From NCBI GenBank assembly GCA_030390025.1, contig CM059432.1, positions 153,824,001-153,884,000 of the forward strand: a stretch of DNA of 60,000 nt, read 5' to 3'. The notes beneath the pieces are model-generated. The model saw only the letters and a program-made list of their open reading frames with translations. It was not told the DNA's origin and made no database searches. The DNA is from Squalus acanthias. Its lineage: Eukaryota. The position numbers were made by a program, and so were the translations under genes. Positions 1 through 11,849 of the stretch are shown piece by piece. Each line of letters opens with the position of its first letter. The first letter of the stretch is position 1.

Positions 1-574
1 GTCATTCTCCCCATCGTGCCTGTGCCGACTTTTGAAAGAGCAATCCAATTAGTTCCACTCACCTGCCCTTCCCCATATCCCTGAAATTTTTTCCCCTTCA
101 AGTATTTATCCAATTCCCCTTTGAAAGGTATTATTGAATCTGCTTCCATCACCCTTTCAGGCAGTGCATCCAGATCATAACAACTCGCTGAGTAAAGAAA
201 TTTCCCCTCATCTTGCCTCTGGTTCTTTTGCCAATTAACTTAAATCTGTGTCCTCTGGTTACCGACCCTTCTGCTACTGGAAATACTTTCTCCTTATTTA
301 TTCTATCAAAACCCTTCATGATTTTGAACACCTCTATTAAAACTCCCTTTAACCTTCTCTGCTCTAAGGAGAACAATCCTAGCTTCTCTTGTCTCTCCAT
401 GTAACTGAAGTCCTGCATCCCTGGTACCATTCTAGTAAATCACCTCTGCACCCTCTCCAAGGCCTTGACATTCTTCCTAAAGTCTGGTGCCCAGAATTGA
501 ATACAATTCTCCAGCTGGGGCCTAACCAGTGATTTATAAAGGCTTAATATAAGTTCCTTGTTTTTGTACTCTAT

Positions 575-1327
575 GGGCTGGATTTTGATACTGGGGCGGG
601 TTGGGGTCGTGTCATCCGCATTTCGTGTTATCCACCCGCCTGCAATTGGATGTGGGAGATTGATGCAATTTTCACTTAATTGGGCAATTGAGTTGCAGCA
701 TGTGGGAACCCATGAACCAATTAGTGGTTTCAGTCTGAAAGTCGCCTCTCATGATGTCATCATTGCAGGTCAGAGACTGCCTGGTCTCAGAGATTGCCTG
801 GCCTTTGCTGTGAGAGGACCTGGATGCAAAATGAGCAGCATCTCAGAGAGAGGGAGAGAGAGAGAATTTTTTTTGCAACCAAGTCCTCCCAGGCAGTCTC
901 TAAAGACATTCAATGCAGCAGCATCAGAGGCGACTTTCAGACCTAATACTACTACTACCTTCATCACAATACTACTACTACCTTCATCACATCTCCGTTG
1001 TAATAGTGGACCTGCAGCTGATAGTCAGCTATCCACTTGTGCTCCCGCCAGGTTTCACTGGCGTGTTTCACATCAGGCGTACTTCACGTTGGAAAAGGGT
1101 TAAACTAGCTAAAATGTTTCAAAATGGCATTACAGAGCCAATTTAGGGCTTGTTAAGGGCTTTAATGGCCTCTCCCGCCTCTTGGAGGCGGGACAGAGTC
1201 GGGAACCCCGCGACCGATTTTATCAAAATTGCGTGGAGGCGGGATGGGGTCGGGACCCCCGAATCTGCAACTTTAACCCCCCACACACCTCCAAACCCGA
1301 CTCCATGGGTCATTGAAAATCCAGCCC
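575..1327. mobile_element. Non-autonomous DNA transposon (MITE), PIF/Harbinger-like, copy 1
   Basis: Perfect 12-bp TIR GGGCTGGATTTT...AAAATCCAGCCC; 3-bp flanks TAT/TTT; interrupts the CR1 host; inverted second copy at 22362-23099. Confidence 0.85.
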
Positions 1328-1345
1328 TTTGCTTCTATTTATAAA

Positions 1346-1478
1346 AATGAGAAGTCGCACAACACCAGGTTATAGTCCAACAGATTTATTTAAAATTACA
1401 AGCTTTCGGAGCTATCCTGCTCCTTCTTCAGGTAAAGTTACACTGAGTGAATCTACAAAAGTTCACAATATAAACACA
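1346..1478 (-). mobile_element. Short Penelope-like pseudo-LTR fragment (subfamily P1b)
   Basis: GAGAAGTCGCACAACACCAGGTTATAGTCCAACAG shared with the RT-bearing PLE at 14759; 11-bp TSD CTATTTATAAA at 1335-1345 and 1479-1489. Confidence 0.8.
1396..1435 (-). ncRNA. Minimal type I hammerhead ribozyme-like motif (PLE)
   Basis: Minus strand reads TTAC-CTGAAGA-A-GGAGC aggata GCTCC-GAAAG CTT-GTAA. Confidence 0.65.
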
Positions 1479-2901
1479 CTATTTATAAAGCCTGTATACT
1501 TTTTTTTTTAAAACAGCCTTCTCAACTTGCCACTGTCAAAGACTTGTGTATATACACCCTCAGGAATCTCTATTCCTGCAACCCATTTAAAATTGTACCA
1601 TTTAGATTATATTGCCTCTCCTCATTCTTCCTACCAAAATGTATCACTTCACACTTCCTGCGTTAAATTTCATGTGCCATTTGTCTGCCCGTTTCACCAA
1701 TGAGGTCTATTACTATACTATTCACTGTTTACTACATTTCCGAGTTTCGTGTCATCTGCAAACTTTGAAATTATGCCCTGTATACCCAAGTCCAGGTCAT
1801 TAATATATATCAAAAATAGCAGTGGTCCTAATACTGACCCCTGGGGACACCACTGTATACTTCCCTCTGGACTCAAAAACAACCATTCACCACGACTCCC
1901 TGCTTTCTGTTTCTTAGCCAATTTCCTTTCCACACTGCCACGGGCTTCAATTTTGCTAACAAGTCTATTATGTGGTACTCTATCAAACACCTTTTGAAAG
2001 TCCATATACACCACATCAACCGCACTACTTCATCAAAGAACTCAATCAAGTTAGTCAAACACGATTTGCCTTTAACAAATCTGTGCTGGCTTTCATTTCT
2101 TAACCCATACTTTTCCAAGTGACAATTCATTTTGTCTCAGATTATTGTCTCAAAGTTTCCCCACCACCAACGTTTGGCTGTCTAGCCTGTAGTTGAACAA
2201 GGGGTGTAACATTTGTAATCCTCCAGTCCTCTGGCACGACTCCTATATCTAAGGAGGATTGGAAGATTGCTGCCAGAGCCTCCGCTATCTCCACTCTTAC
2301 TTCACTCAGCAACCTAGGATGCATCCCATCCAGACGGTGACTTTTCTACTTTGAGTACTCCGAACCTTTTAAGTACCTCCTCTTTATAAGAACATAAGAA
2401 TTAGGAGCAGGAGTAGGCCATACGGCCATTCGAGCCTGCTCCGCCATTCAATAAGATCATGGCTGATCATCGACCTCAACTCCACTTTCCCGCCCGATCC
2501 CCATATCCCTTGATTCCTCTAGAGTCCAAAAATCTATCTATCGCAGCTTTGAATATACTCAAAGACTCAGCAGCCACAGCCCTTTGGGGTAGAGAATTCC
2601 TAAGATTCACAACCCTCTGAGTGAAGAAATTCCTCCTCATCTCAGTCTTAAAAGGCCGACCCCTTATCCTGAGACTATGCCCCCTAGTTCTAGACTCTCC
2701 AGCCAGGGGAAACAACCTCTCAGCATCTACCCTGTCAATCCTCTTCAGTATCTTGTATGTTTCAATGAGATCACCTCTCATTCTTCTAAACTCCAGAGTA
2801 TAGGCCCAATCTACCCTCATGGGACAACCCTCTCACCCTAGGGATAAATCTAGTGAACCTTCGTTGCACCACCTCTAAAGCAAATCTGTCCTTCCTCAGA
2901 T

Positions 2902-3460
2902 AAAAATGAGAAGTCGCACAACACCAGGTTATAGTCCAACAGATTTATTTAATTTTACAAGCTTTCGAAGCAGTTCGCTCCTTCGTCAGGTAAGTTAGCA
3001 ATGAGAGAATCTCCCAGAATTCACAATTTAATCCCAGACAAAATCTATTCACATTATTCCTTACAACAAAGAGCACAGCCAAGACAATGAGATGTGTCCC
3101 AGGGGGTCCAACGTGTCAAACCACCTGCTGGCTGCATATCCTGTCAATTTGTGTTCTTGTGTTAGTCTTTTTAAAAAAAAACACCTGGGAAGACCGGCCA
3201 TGATGTCAAGTCACGTTCTGTATCGTGACATGAACCCGATATCGCGATTGAGGCCATCCTCATGAGTGCGGAACTTAATATTTTGTCTGGGTTTAAATTG
3301 TGAATTCTGGGAGATTCTCTCATTGCTAACTTACCTGACGAAGGAGCGAACTGCTTCGAAAGCTTGTAAAATTAAATAAATCTGTTGGACTATAACCTGG
3401 TGTTGTGCGACTTCTCATTTTTGTCCACCCCAGTCCAACGCCGGCATCTCCACATCATCA
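2902..3460. mobile_element. Fold-back Penelope-like insertion (P1b) with inverted pseudo-LTR arms
   Basis: About 140-bp inverted repeat (2902-3044 vs 3279-3422); the middle encodes the PLE ORF end KFRTHEDGLNRDIGFMSRYRT* on the minus strand; 13-bp TSD CTTCCTCAGATAA at 2891-2903 and 3461-3473. Confidence 0.9.
3331..3369 (+). ncRNA. Minimal type I hammerhead ribozyme-like motif; mirror copy on the minus strand at 2955-2993
   Basis: TTAC-CTGACGA-A-GGAGC gaact GCTTC-GAAAG CTT-GTAA: core CUGANGA/GAAA, stem I TTAC/GTAA, palindromic stem III AGCT. Confidence 0.7.
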
Positions 3461-4215
3461 CTTCCTCAGATAAGGAGACCAAAACTGTGCACAGTACTAT
3501 TTATCTATTTTTATCCTATCCAATTTCTCTACTACCTCCTCCTTTACTGTGACATTGACAGCATCCTCTTCTTTAGTGAAGGCAGATGCAAACTACTCAT
3601 TTAGTACTTCAGCCATGCCCTCTGCTTCTACAAGAAGATGTCCTTTTGGGTTTCTAATCAGCCCCACCCTTCCTTTGACTACACTTTTACTATATATATG
3701 TTTATAAAACACATTTCGGTTCCTTTTATGTTGTCCGCTAATCTATTCTCATACACTCCCTTTGTCCATCTTAAATCCCTCTTTCAGTTCTCCCCTGTAC
3801 TTTTTGTATTCGGTTCTCGACTGTATTTTGAGATTGACATTTATCATAAGCCTTTTTTTATTTCATTCTAATCTCTCTGGCCGCGAAATTGGATAACCCC
3901 TGAAAACGGGCATGGGGATTGCAATGCGCAATTAACCTGCACCCATTGCTTCTGATGCAGGCAGTAAAAAATTCAATGACCTCACACGAGTGGTCACGGT
4001 CATATGCCAAATCCCACCAACTGCACCACTAGCTTCACACACTGCTCAATGCACCACACCCCCATCACTCATCTACCAACAATCTCCAGCAATCATGACT
4101 CATACCTAACATTCATAGCTTCACATCACTCTCACATACTTAGCAACCCTCACACCCACATCTCACAGCTTGTACACACTGCCAGCTATTCAACCATGAC
4201 AGGCACATCACTCAA

Positions 4216-4357
4216 ACATAGAAAAAAAATAGGAGGAGTCGGCCATTCGGCCCTTCGAGCCTGCTCCACCATTCAATATGATCATGGCTGATCCTCTATC
4301 TCAATACCATATTCCTGCTCTCTCCCCATACCCCTTGATGCCTTTTGTGTCTAGAAA
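4216..4357 (-). mobile_element. Short CR1 3'-tail fragment inserted in the H1 intron
   Basis: Matches the CR1 family A 3' end (GGCCATTCGGCCCTTCGAGCCTGCTCC...GATCATGGCTGATC on +). Confidence 0.8.
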
Positions 4358-4468
4358 TCAAAACACATTGCACCACCCTCACTGACACACTTCCCTCTCT
4401 CTTGCTGGACAAGGTGGCGCACAACCGGAGGCAGCAAGTGCTAATCTGCAGGGGACAGGCACGGCTGA

Positions 4469-4621
4469 CAATGTTCCCTCTCATTTTTTTCCTGCGCAGG
4501 CCCTTTAAACTTGCTGCGCTGTCGCGCATGCGCAATATCTCTTCCAGTGGCAGCAGCTGGTGAGCGGCCTGCGCGGGACCTCGCAATTGATGTGCGGCCG
4601 CGCACCTTAGTGGGAACATTG
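4469..4621. mobile_element. 153-bp hAT-type MITE
   Basis: TIR CAATGTTCCC...GGGAACATTG; imperfect 8-bp TSD ACGGCTGA/GCGGCTGC; interrupts Harbinger Myb exon 2. Confidence 0.75.
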
Positions 4622-6084
4622 GCGGCTGCATGTCCTAACCCCCAAGGAGCAGACAGGGCTCGCCATCATTGGAGCGGACATTGCTGAAGTCGTGGCCAGT
4701 GGCGTGGCTGAAACGATAGATGACGGTTCCTCATACTCCTTCTCAGATCCCACTTCCCCCTCATCCCACAATCTCTTCTGATTTAGAAGCTGCAGATGGT
4801 GTAAGCATGCACCTCCTGCTTTCCCCACCCCCCCTCCCCTCACCACAACCCTACCCTTGTGCCTTTCTCCTTTCAGAAACACAAGAACTGCAACCTGGCC
4901 AGGCAGTGGTGGAAGAGCAACAGGTGCAAGAGGAAGAAGACAGTGATGATGAAGAAACACCGTCCCTAGATCTCACACTTGCAGCACCAGCTCAGATACT
5001 GACACTGTAATTTAAATGAGAGTTTAGAGGCGGGATCTGCACGTGGTGAGTCACTGAGCAAAAGTGGCCTGCAGCCAGGGCAGGGGGAAAGGGTAGAAGG
5101 GTAGAGCAGGTGCCAGCACACCGGAAGGCATGGTCCCACACGAGTTCTGCTGCAGAGGACTCAGATGAGCACTTCGGTGGGGCAGGCCACAGAACAAGGC
5201 TGATGGATATTCACAATGAAATGCTTGGTGCATTGGCAGGCCTGCCTGAAAGCCTGTGTGCAATGTCAAGGAGCATGGAGGAGTCCGGCACCAACTTGGC
5301 ACAGGGCTTTGTGCAGAGCTTGGAGCCCATCCTTTCCAGCACGGAAGTGGTGGCCAACTCCATTAGCACACTTGTGGACCCACCCATGATGCAGCGTCTG
5401 ATGGCCAATGTCTCAGCTTCCGTTGCAGCACAGGCAGAAGCCACCCAATGTCTGAGGGCTGAAGTGGAAGCTCAGACTTCTGTCATGCAAGGTCAGCTTG
5501 CTGCCATCATTTCTCTGGATTCCAGTGTTCAAAGGGGCTTACAAGGTGTCACAGCAGTCCAGCAATCTGTCCTGCAACAGATTACTAGGATTGCTGAAGC
5601 GCCACCCCAGGGGAGTGTCAGTGGCTCTGTGGAGCACGAACCTGCTGTCCTCTCTCAGGATGACAGCAGTCATCCTCCCAACACTGCCACTCCGCCAGTG
5701 CCCTTGCTGTTGCCTGTCAGCCCCGACAGCTGACCCTCATGCCAAGATGGTGCAGTCCGAAGCCGGGCCTTCTCGGCCCAGAGCTGCTTGAGGTCGTCCT
5801 CCAAGGCCATCTGCAGTCTCACCCACTGAAAGTCAGCAGCCTTCCACCAACCATGCTGCAGTCACTGCATAGGAGCACTAGGACATGCAAAGGCACAAAG
5901 AAGACAGGCATTAAGGGAATGCACAAGGGTGATTAGTTGATGTTTGTATGGAATATGGCATAGTTTGATTTATAAATTTGGTCTGGAATGTTTATTTTGT
6001 GTTGTTTTTATTTTTGCATTGTGGCCAAGCAGATGCTGTGATGGTCAGTAACAGAGGGAAGCTAAGGTGTGGGACTCTTGGTGA

Positions 6085-7150
6085 ATGGGGATTTGGAGTT
6101 GCGTTCACTGGTATCGCAGTCAGCTGAATTGTTCACGGAAAGCCTGGCCAGAAAGGGACTGTCTGGGTTGCCTCCTCCCTTCCTCTTCTTCGTCCTTCTC
6201 GTCCTCCTGCTCACCGTATAGCTGCTGGCAAGGGCTATGCCCTTATGATGGCAAGGTTGTGCAGCATACAGCAGACCACCACGAATCTTGACACATGCTC
6301 TGCCGAGTACTGCAGGGCTCCTCCAGAGTGGTCCAGGCAGCGGAAGCATTGTTTCAGCACACCAATGGTCTGCTCTATCACATTTCATGTGGTAGCATGG
6401 CTTTTGTTCTATGCATGCTGCGCAGGTGCGCGTGGGTTGCGCACCGGAGTCACGAACCATGTCATCAGCCGATAGCCCTTGTCACCCAGTAGCCACCCCT
6501 TGGTTTGTTGTGGTGGCTCAAATGTGGATGGGACAGCTGACTGCTACAAATTGCAGGCATCATGACTGCTGCCAGGATACCGTGCATTGACCTGCATAAT
6601 TTACAGCCTATGGCCACACACCAGCAGGATGTTGAGGGAGTGGAATCCCTTTCGGTTGAGATACATCTGAGTTGACATGCAGTGCCCGCAAAGCGACATG
6701 CATGCTGTCAATGGCACCCTGCACCATGGGGAAACCTGCAATCCTAGCAAAGCCGTGTGCTCGCTCCGCCTGCTGCTCTCTGGCAAGAGAGAATGAAATA
6801 TAGTCAGCTCTCTTTGAATAGAAAGCGTCAGTGACCTCCCTTGCGCAGCAGTGGATGGCAAACTGCGAGATGTTGCAAATATCTCCAGCTCCAGCCTGGA
6901 AGTTCATGGCCACGTTCACCTTCACATCCACTGGCAATGTGGTCCTCACCCTGCTCCGAGGTTGCAGTTGTGGCTGCAGCAGATGGCAGATTTCAGTGAG
7001 GATGTGAAGCGCAGACATCTCACACACTGTTATTGCTCCCTGAACGGATATGGCCTCTTGCTGAGAGGTCTTCTCCCCCTCCACCTCCTCCCTCTTCTAG
7101 CAGCTAGCCCTGCTCTGCATGCCCTCTGCTCATTCTCCAAGTCATGCTGT
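6085..7150 (-). pseudogene. Harbinger (HARBI1-like) DDE transposase, frameshifted
   Basis: Motifs GFARIAGFPMVQGAID, RKGFHSLNILLVC, YPGSSHDA, WLLGDKGY, IEQTIGVLKQCFRCL are spread over several frames. Confidence 0.9.
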
Positions 7151-8050
7151 ATTCCAAGGGGAATTCCTACTCATGCACCCAAGTCTGGGAGAAACTGTTT
7201 TGTGGAGAAGCCTTGAAGTCAGGAGAAAGTCCTTCAGCGCCTGCCACAACACTGCCTGTAGTCTTCAGCAACTTTAAAGAACTCTAGAAAGCACCAAACA
7301 CTTGTACAATCATAGCAATAGCCAGTAGAAATCAATCAAGGGATCATCATCTACAGCCTGTAAGTAGATGATGATCCCTTTAAATAACACTGGCGGGGAG
7401 TCCTTCCTGCTGCTGAAGATGTGTTCAGCGGTGCGTGATTAAGAGGTGTCATTAGCTGGAACACTGAGCTCAAAAATGGCAGCGCTGGTGTCAAATCAGT
7501 GTTACATGCTGATTCACGTCATGATCTGCCGACTCTGCATACTTTCGGTGGATGCTCACTGCGCGCGCACTAACGTGCTCCCCAATATGGCGTCCGGCAC
7601 GACTCGCACCAGAAGTGTGCGCACGCACCGCAGACAACAATTTGGACCTCTAAGGCCGCCCATTTTCTGAATTTTACGCCTTCTATCTTTAGTCAGGGAG
7701 CTCTAGCTTTGGATGCCCTTCCTTTCACCCTTGTGGGAATTTGTCTAGTCTGTACCCAAGCTATCTCATCTTTGAAGGCCTCCCATTGCTCATTTACTGC
7801 TTTACCTGCCAATTTTTGATTTCAATCCACCTGGGCCAGATCCCCTTTCAACTCACTTAAATTAGCCCTCCTCCAGTTGAGTATTTTCACACGCAATTGT
7901 TCCTGTCCTTTTTCATAACTACTCTAAATCTAATGATATTGTGCTCACTTGTTTCCCAAATGCTTCCCCACTGAAACATGCTCTATGTGCCCCACTTCAT
8001 TCACCTGAACTAGATCCAGCACTGCTTCCTTCCTCGTTGCGTTGGAAACA

Positions 8051-11000
8051 TACTAAGAACATAAGAACATAAGAAATAGGAGCAGGAGTAGGCCAATCGG
8101 CCCCTCGAGCCTGCTCCGCCATTCAATAAGATCATGGCTGATCTGATCCTAACCGCCAATCTACTATCTATCACAGAACCATCTCCTGCATCTAACAGAA
8201 TTGCACACACGAAATAGGAGCAGAATCAGGCTACACAGTCCCTGGGCCCGCTCCACTACCCACAGGGCCATGACCGATCCGAACCTAGACTCATGTCCAA
8301 ATTCCTGCCCGCTCCCCGTAACCCTTAATGCCCTTTACTTCTAGGAAACTGTCTATTTCTGTTTTAAATTTAATTAATGTTGTAGCTTCTACAGCTTTTT
8401 GTGGCAGCATATTCCATGGACCTACCACCCTCTGAGTGAAGTAGTTCCTCCTCATCTCAGTTTTGAAAGAGCAGCCCCTTATTCTAAGACTATGTCCCCT
8501 AGTTCTCGTCTCACCCGTCATCGGGAACATCCTCCCCGCATCCACCCGATCCAACCCCTTCACAATCTTATATGTTTCAATAAGATCGCCTCTCATTCTT
8601 CTGAACTCCAATGAGTAGAGTCCCAATCTACCCAACCTCTCCTCATATGACCACCCCCTCATCCCCGGATTAACCGAGTGAACCTTTTTTGCACTGCCTC
8701 GAGAGCAAGGATGTCTTTCCTTAAGTAAGGACACCAAAACTGTATGCAGTATTCCAGGTGCGGTCTCACCAATACCTTGTACAACTGAAGCAATACCTCC
8801 CTATTTTTATATTCTATCCCCCTAGCAATGAAAGCCAACATTCCATTTGCCTTCTTAATCACTTGCTGCACCTGCATACTAACCTTTTGAGTTTCGTGCA
8901 CCAGGACCCCCAGATCCCTTTGCACTTCAGTACTCTCCAGTTTCTTGCCATTAAGATAATAAATTGCTCTAGGATTTTTCCTGCCAAAGTGCATCACCTC
9001 ACACTTTCCAGTGTTGTATTCCATCTGCCAAATCTCTGCCCACTTACTTAGCCTGTCTATGTCCCCTTGCAGGTTTTTTATGTCCTCCTCACTCACTACT
9101 TTCCCTCCCATCTTTGTATCATCTGCAAATTTTGATATGTTACACTTGGTCCCTTCCTCCAAATCGTTAATATAGATTGTGAAGAGTTGGGGACCCAGCA
9201 CTGACCCCTGTGGAACACCACTAGTTACTGATTGCCAGTCTGAGAATGAACCATTTATCCCAACTCTTTGCTTTCTGTTAGATAGCCAATCCTCTATCCA
9301 TGCCAGAATATTACCCCCAATCCCGTGATTTTTTACCTTAAGCAATAATCTTTTGTGTGGCACCTTGTCAAATGCCTTTTGGAAGTCTAAATACACTACG
9401 TCCACTGGTTCCCCTTTATCCACTCTATATGTTACTTCCTCAAAGAACTCCAGCAAATTTGTCAAACATGACTTCCCCTTCGTAAAACCATGCTGACTTT
9501 GTCCTATTAAATTATGATTATCCAAATGTCCTGTTACTGTTTCCTTAATAATGGACTCCAAAATTTTACCTACCACAGATGTTAGGCTAACCGGTCTATA
9601 GTTACCAGCCTTCTGTCTACTGCCCTTTTTAAATAAGGGTGTTACATTAGCAGTTTTCCAGTCTGCCGGGACCTTAGCGGAATCCAGGGAGTTTTGAAAA
9701 ATTATTACCAATGCATCTACAATCCCTACCGCCACTTCCTTCAAGACTCTAGGATGTAAGCCATCAGGTCCAGGTGATTTATCCGCCTTGAGTCCCATTA
9801 TTTTACCGAGTACCACTTCCTTAGTGATTTTGATCGTGTTTAGCTCCTCTCCCCCTATAGCCCCCTGTTTGTCCAGTGTTGGGATATTCTTAGTGTCCTC
9901 TACTGTAAAGACTGATACAAAATATTCATTCAGTGTTTTTGCCATCTCCATATTTCCCACCATTAATTTCCCGGTCTCATCCTCTAAGGGACCAACATTT
10001 ACTTTAGCCACCCTTTTTCTTTTTATATAACTATAAAAACTCTTACTATCTGTTTTTATATTTTTTGCTAATTTACTTTCATAATCTATCTTCCCTTTCT
10101 TAATCAATCTTTTGTTATTTTTTGCTGCCTTTTAAAGTTTTCCCAATCCTCTGTCCTCCCACTAGATTTCGCTACCTTATATGCCCTTGTTTTTAGTCGA
10201 ATACTATCCTTAATTTCTTTACTTAGCCACGGATGACTGTCCTTTCTTTTACACCCTTTTCTTTTCAGTGGAATATATTTTTTTTGGAAGTTGTAAAATA
10301 ACTCCTTGAATGTACACCACTGATCATGTGTCGTCTTACCCTTTAATCTATTTTCCCAATCCACTCTACTCAATTCCGCTCGCATACCTTCATAGTCTCC
10401 TTTATTCAAGCTTAGCACGCTTGTTTGAGATCCAACCTTCTCACCCTCTAATTGAATATGGAATTCAACCATGTTATGGTCACTCATTCCAAGGGGATCC
10501 TTTACTAGGACATTTTTAATTAATCCTGTCTCGTTACACAGGACCAGATCTAAGGTTGCTTGCCCCCTGGTCGGTTCAGTTACATACTGCTCAAGAAACC
10601 CATCCCTAATACACTCAATGAACTCATCCTCAAGGCAGCCCTGCCCCATTTGATTTGTCCAATTAATATGATAGTTAAAATCCCCCATAATTATAGATGT
10701 TCCCTTATTACATGCCTCAACTATTTCCTGATTGATACTCCGTCCAATAGAGTTGCAACTGTTCGGAGGCCTATAGACTACGCCCACTAATGTTTTTTTC
10801 CCCTTATTATTCCTTATCTCCACCCAAACTGTTTCATTATCATGATTTTTTGACCCAATATCATTACTCTGTATTACAGTGATTCCTTCCTTTATTAACA
10901 TAGCCACCCCACCTCCCCTTCCTTCCTGCCTGTCCTTCCTGATCGTTAAATAACCTGGTATGTTTAATTCCCAGGCATTGTCACCCTGCAGCCATGTTTC

Positions 11001-11101
11001 TGTAATGGCCACAATATCATAACCATATGTAGTTATTTGTGCCATTAACTCGTCTATTTTGTTACGAATGCTACGTTCAGATAGAGAACTTTCAAATAAC
11101 A
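8051..11101 (-). mobile_element. Young CR1 LINE, nearly complete ORF2 (APE endonuclease + RT), cut by the assembly gap
   Basis: ORF segments 10104-11070 (IVAITETWL, VYRPP, GDFN, SDH), 8659-10107 (RT, KFADD) and 8291-8737; only two frameshifts; (TTCTTATG)n tail. Confidence 0.95.
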
Positions 11102-11301
11102 NNNNNNNNNNNNNNNNNNNNNNNNNNNNNNNNNNNNNNNNNNNNNNNNNNNNNNNNNNNNNNNNNNNNNNNNNNNNNNNNNNNNNNNNNNNNNNNNNNN
11201 NNNNNNNNNNNNNNNNNNNNNNNNNNNNNNNNNNNNNNNNNNNNNNNNNNNNNNNNNNNNNNNNNNNNNNNNNNNNNNNNNNNNNNNNNNNNNNNNNNNN
11301 N
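11102..11301. other. Assembly gap (200 N)
   Basis: Run of N. Confidence 1.
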
Positions 11302-11772
11302 GGAGACGGGGGAGAGAGGGGAGGGGAGGGAGATGGGAGAGAGAGGGGGGCGGCTGGGGAAAAGAGATACATTGGGGAGAGAGACAAGATGACAGAGAAA
11401 AACAGTGGATTGACAGAGACTGGGGGAAGAGAGTCCGGGGTGGGAGATAGAGAGTCTTTGGGAGAGCAAGAGACAGCGGGGGAGAGACTGGGGAAAGAAT
11501 GTGAGTGGTACAGACAAGAGAGACTGGAGAAGAGAATGAGACTGCGGAGAGGGAGAGACTGGTGAGACAGAAATGTGGGGAAAGGGGACAAGACTGGTTA
11601 TAGGAGACAGTGACTGAAGGGTAGAGAGACAGACTGAGGTGCAGAGAGAAACTTCAGGAAGAGAGAATGACGGTGGAAAGATAGATATGAGGAGAGACAG
11701 GCGTGGTGACAGATACACGGGGAAGGAAGAGACTGGGTGAGAGATAGAGAAATGGGTGAAGAGAGAGAGAGC
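11302..11772. repeat. GA-rich low-complexity tract
   Basis: Purine-rich degenerate GGAGAGAC-type repeats next to the gap. Confidence 0.85.
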
Positions 11773-11849
11773 TTGGGGTTTCTGCTGGACATTGATTGAG
11801 AGTGTAGCCATGATGGCCCAATAATTCCAATGCTTGTTGTGAAGACTAT

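Larger units (their letters stand above)
2386..3497 (-). mobile_element. 5'-truncated CR1 LINE (family A) 3' end, interrupted by a PLE
   Basis: ORF 2476-2820 is a CR1 ORF2 C-terminus; 3' stem-loop region and (TTCTTATG)n tail at about 2386-2400. Confidence 0.9.
3968..5936 (+). pseudogene. Harbinger Myb/SANT-like accessory protein gene remnant (most of exon 1 deleted; frameshifts)
   Basis: KKFNDLTRV remnant at about 3968-3995; ORFs 5110-5733 and 5739-5936 are homologous to 12719-13460 and 16306-17122; shared C-terminus KGMHKGD*. Confidence 0.7.
3879..7681. mobile_element. Decayed PIF/Harbinger DNA transposon (element H1)
   Basis: Degenerate TIRs GGCCGCGAAATT / AATTTTACGCCT, probable TSD TCT; convergent Myb/SANT gene (+) and DDE transposase (-). 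Confidence 0.85.
1..8050 (-). mobile_element. Decayed CR1-type LINE (family B), host to nested insertions; surviving pieces approx. 1-574, 1328-1345, 1490-2385, 3498-3878, 7682-8050
   Basis: ORF fragments 149-430 (CR1 ORF2 C-terminus, LFSLEQRRLKG...RGNFFTQRVV), 1718-2014 ([18 protein letters not shown]), 1873-2130 and 2142-2324 are colinear on the minus strand once the inserts are removed. Confidence 0.85.

Noticed and set aside
558..1344. ORFs in the MITE, repeated at 22564-23027, as a duplicated gene
   Set aside because: They lie within a TIR-bounded element, the frames differ between copies, and no domain is recognisable
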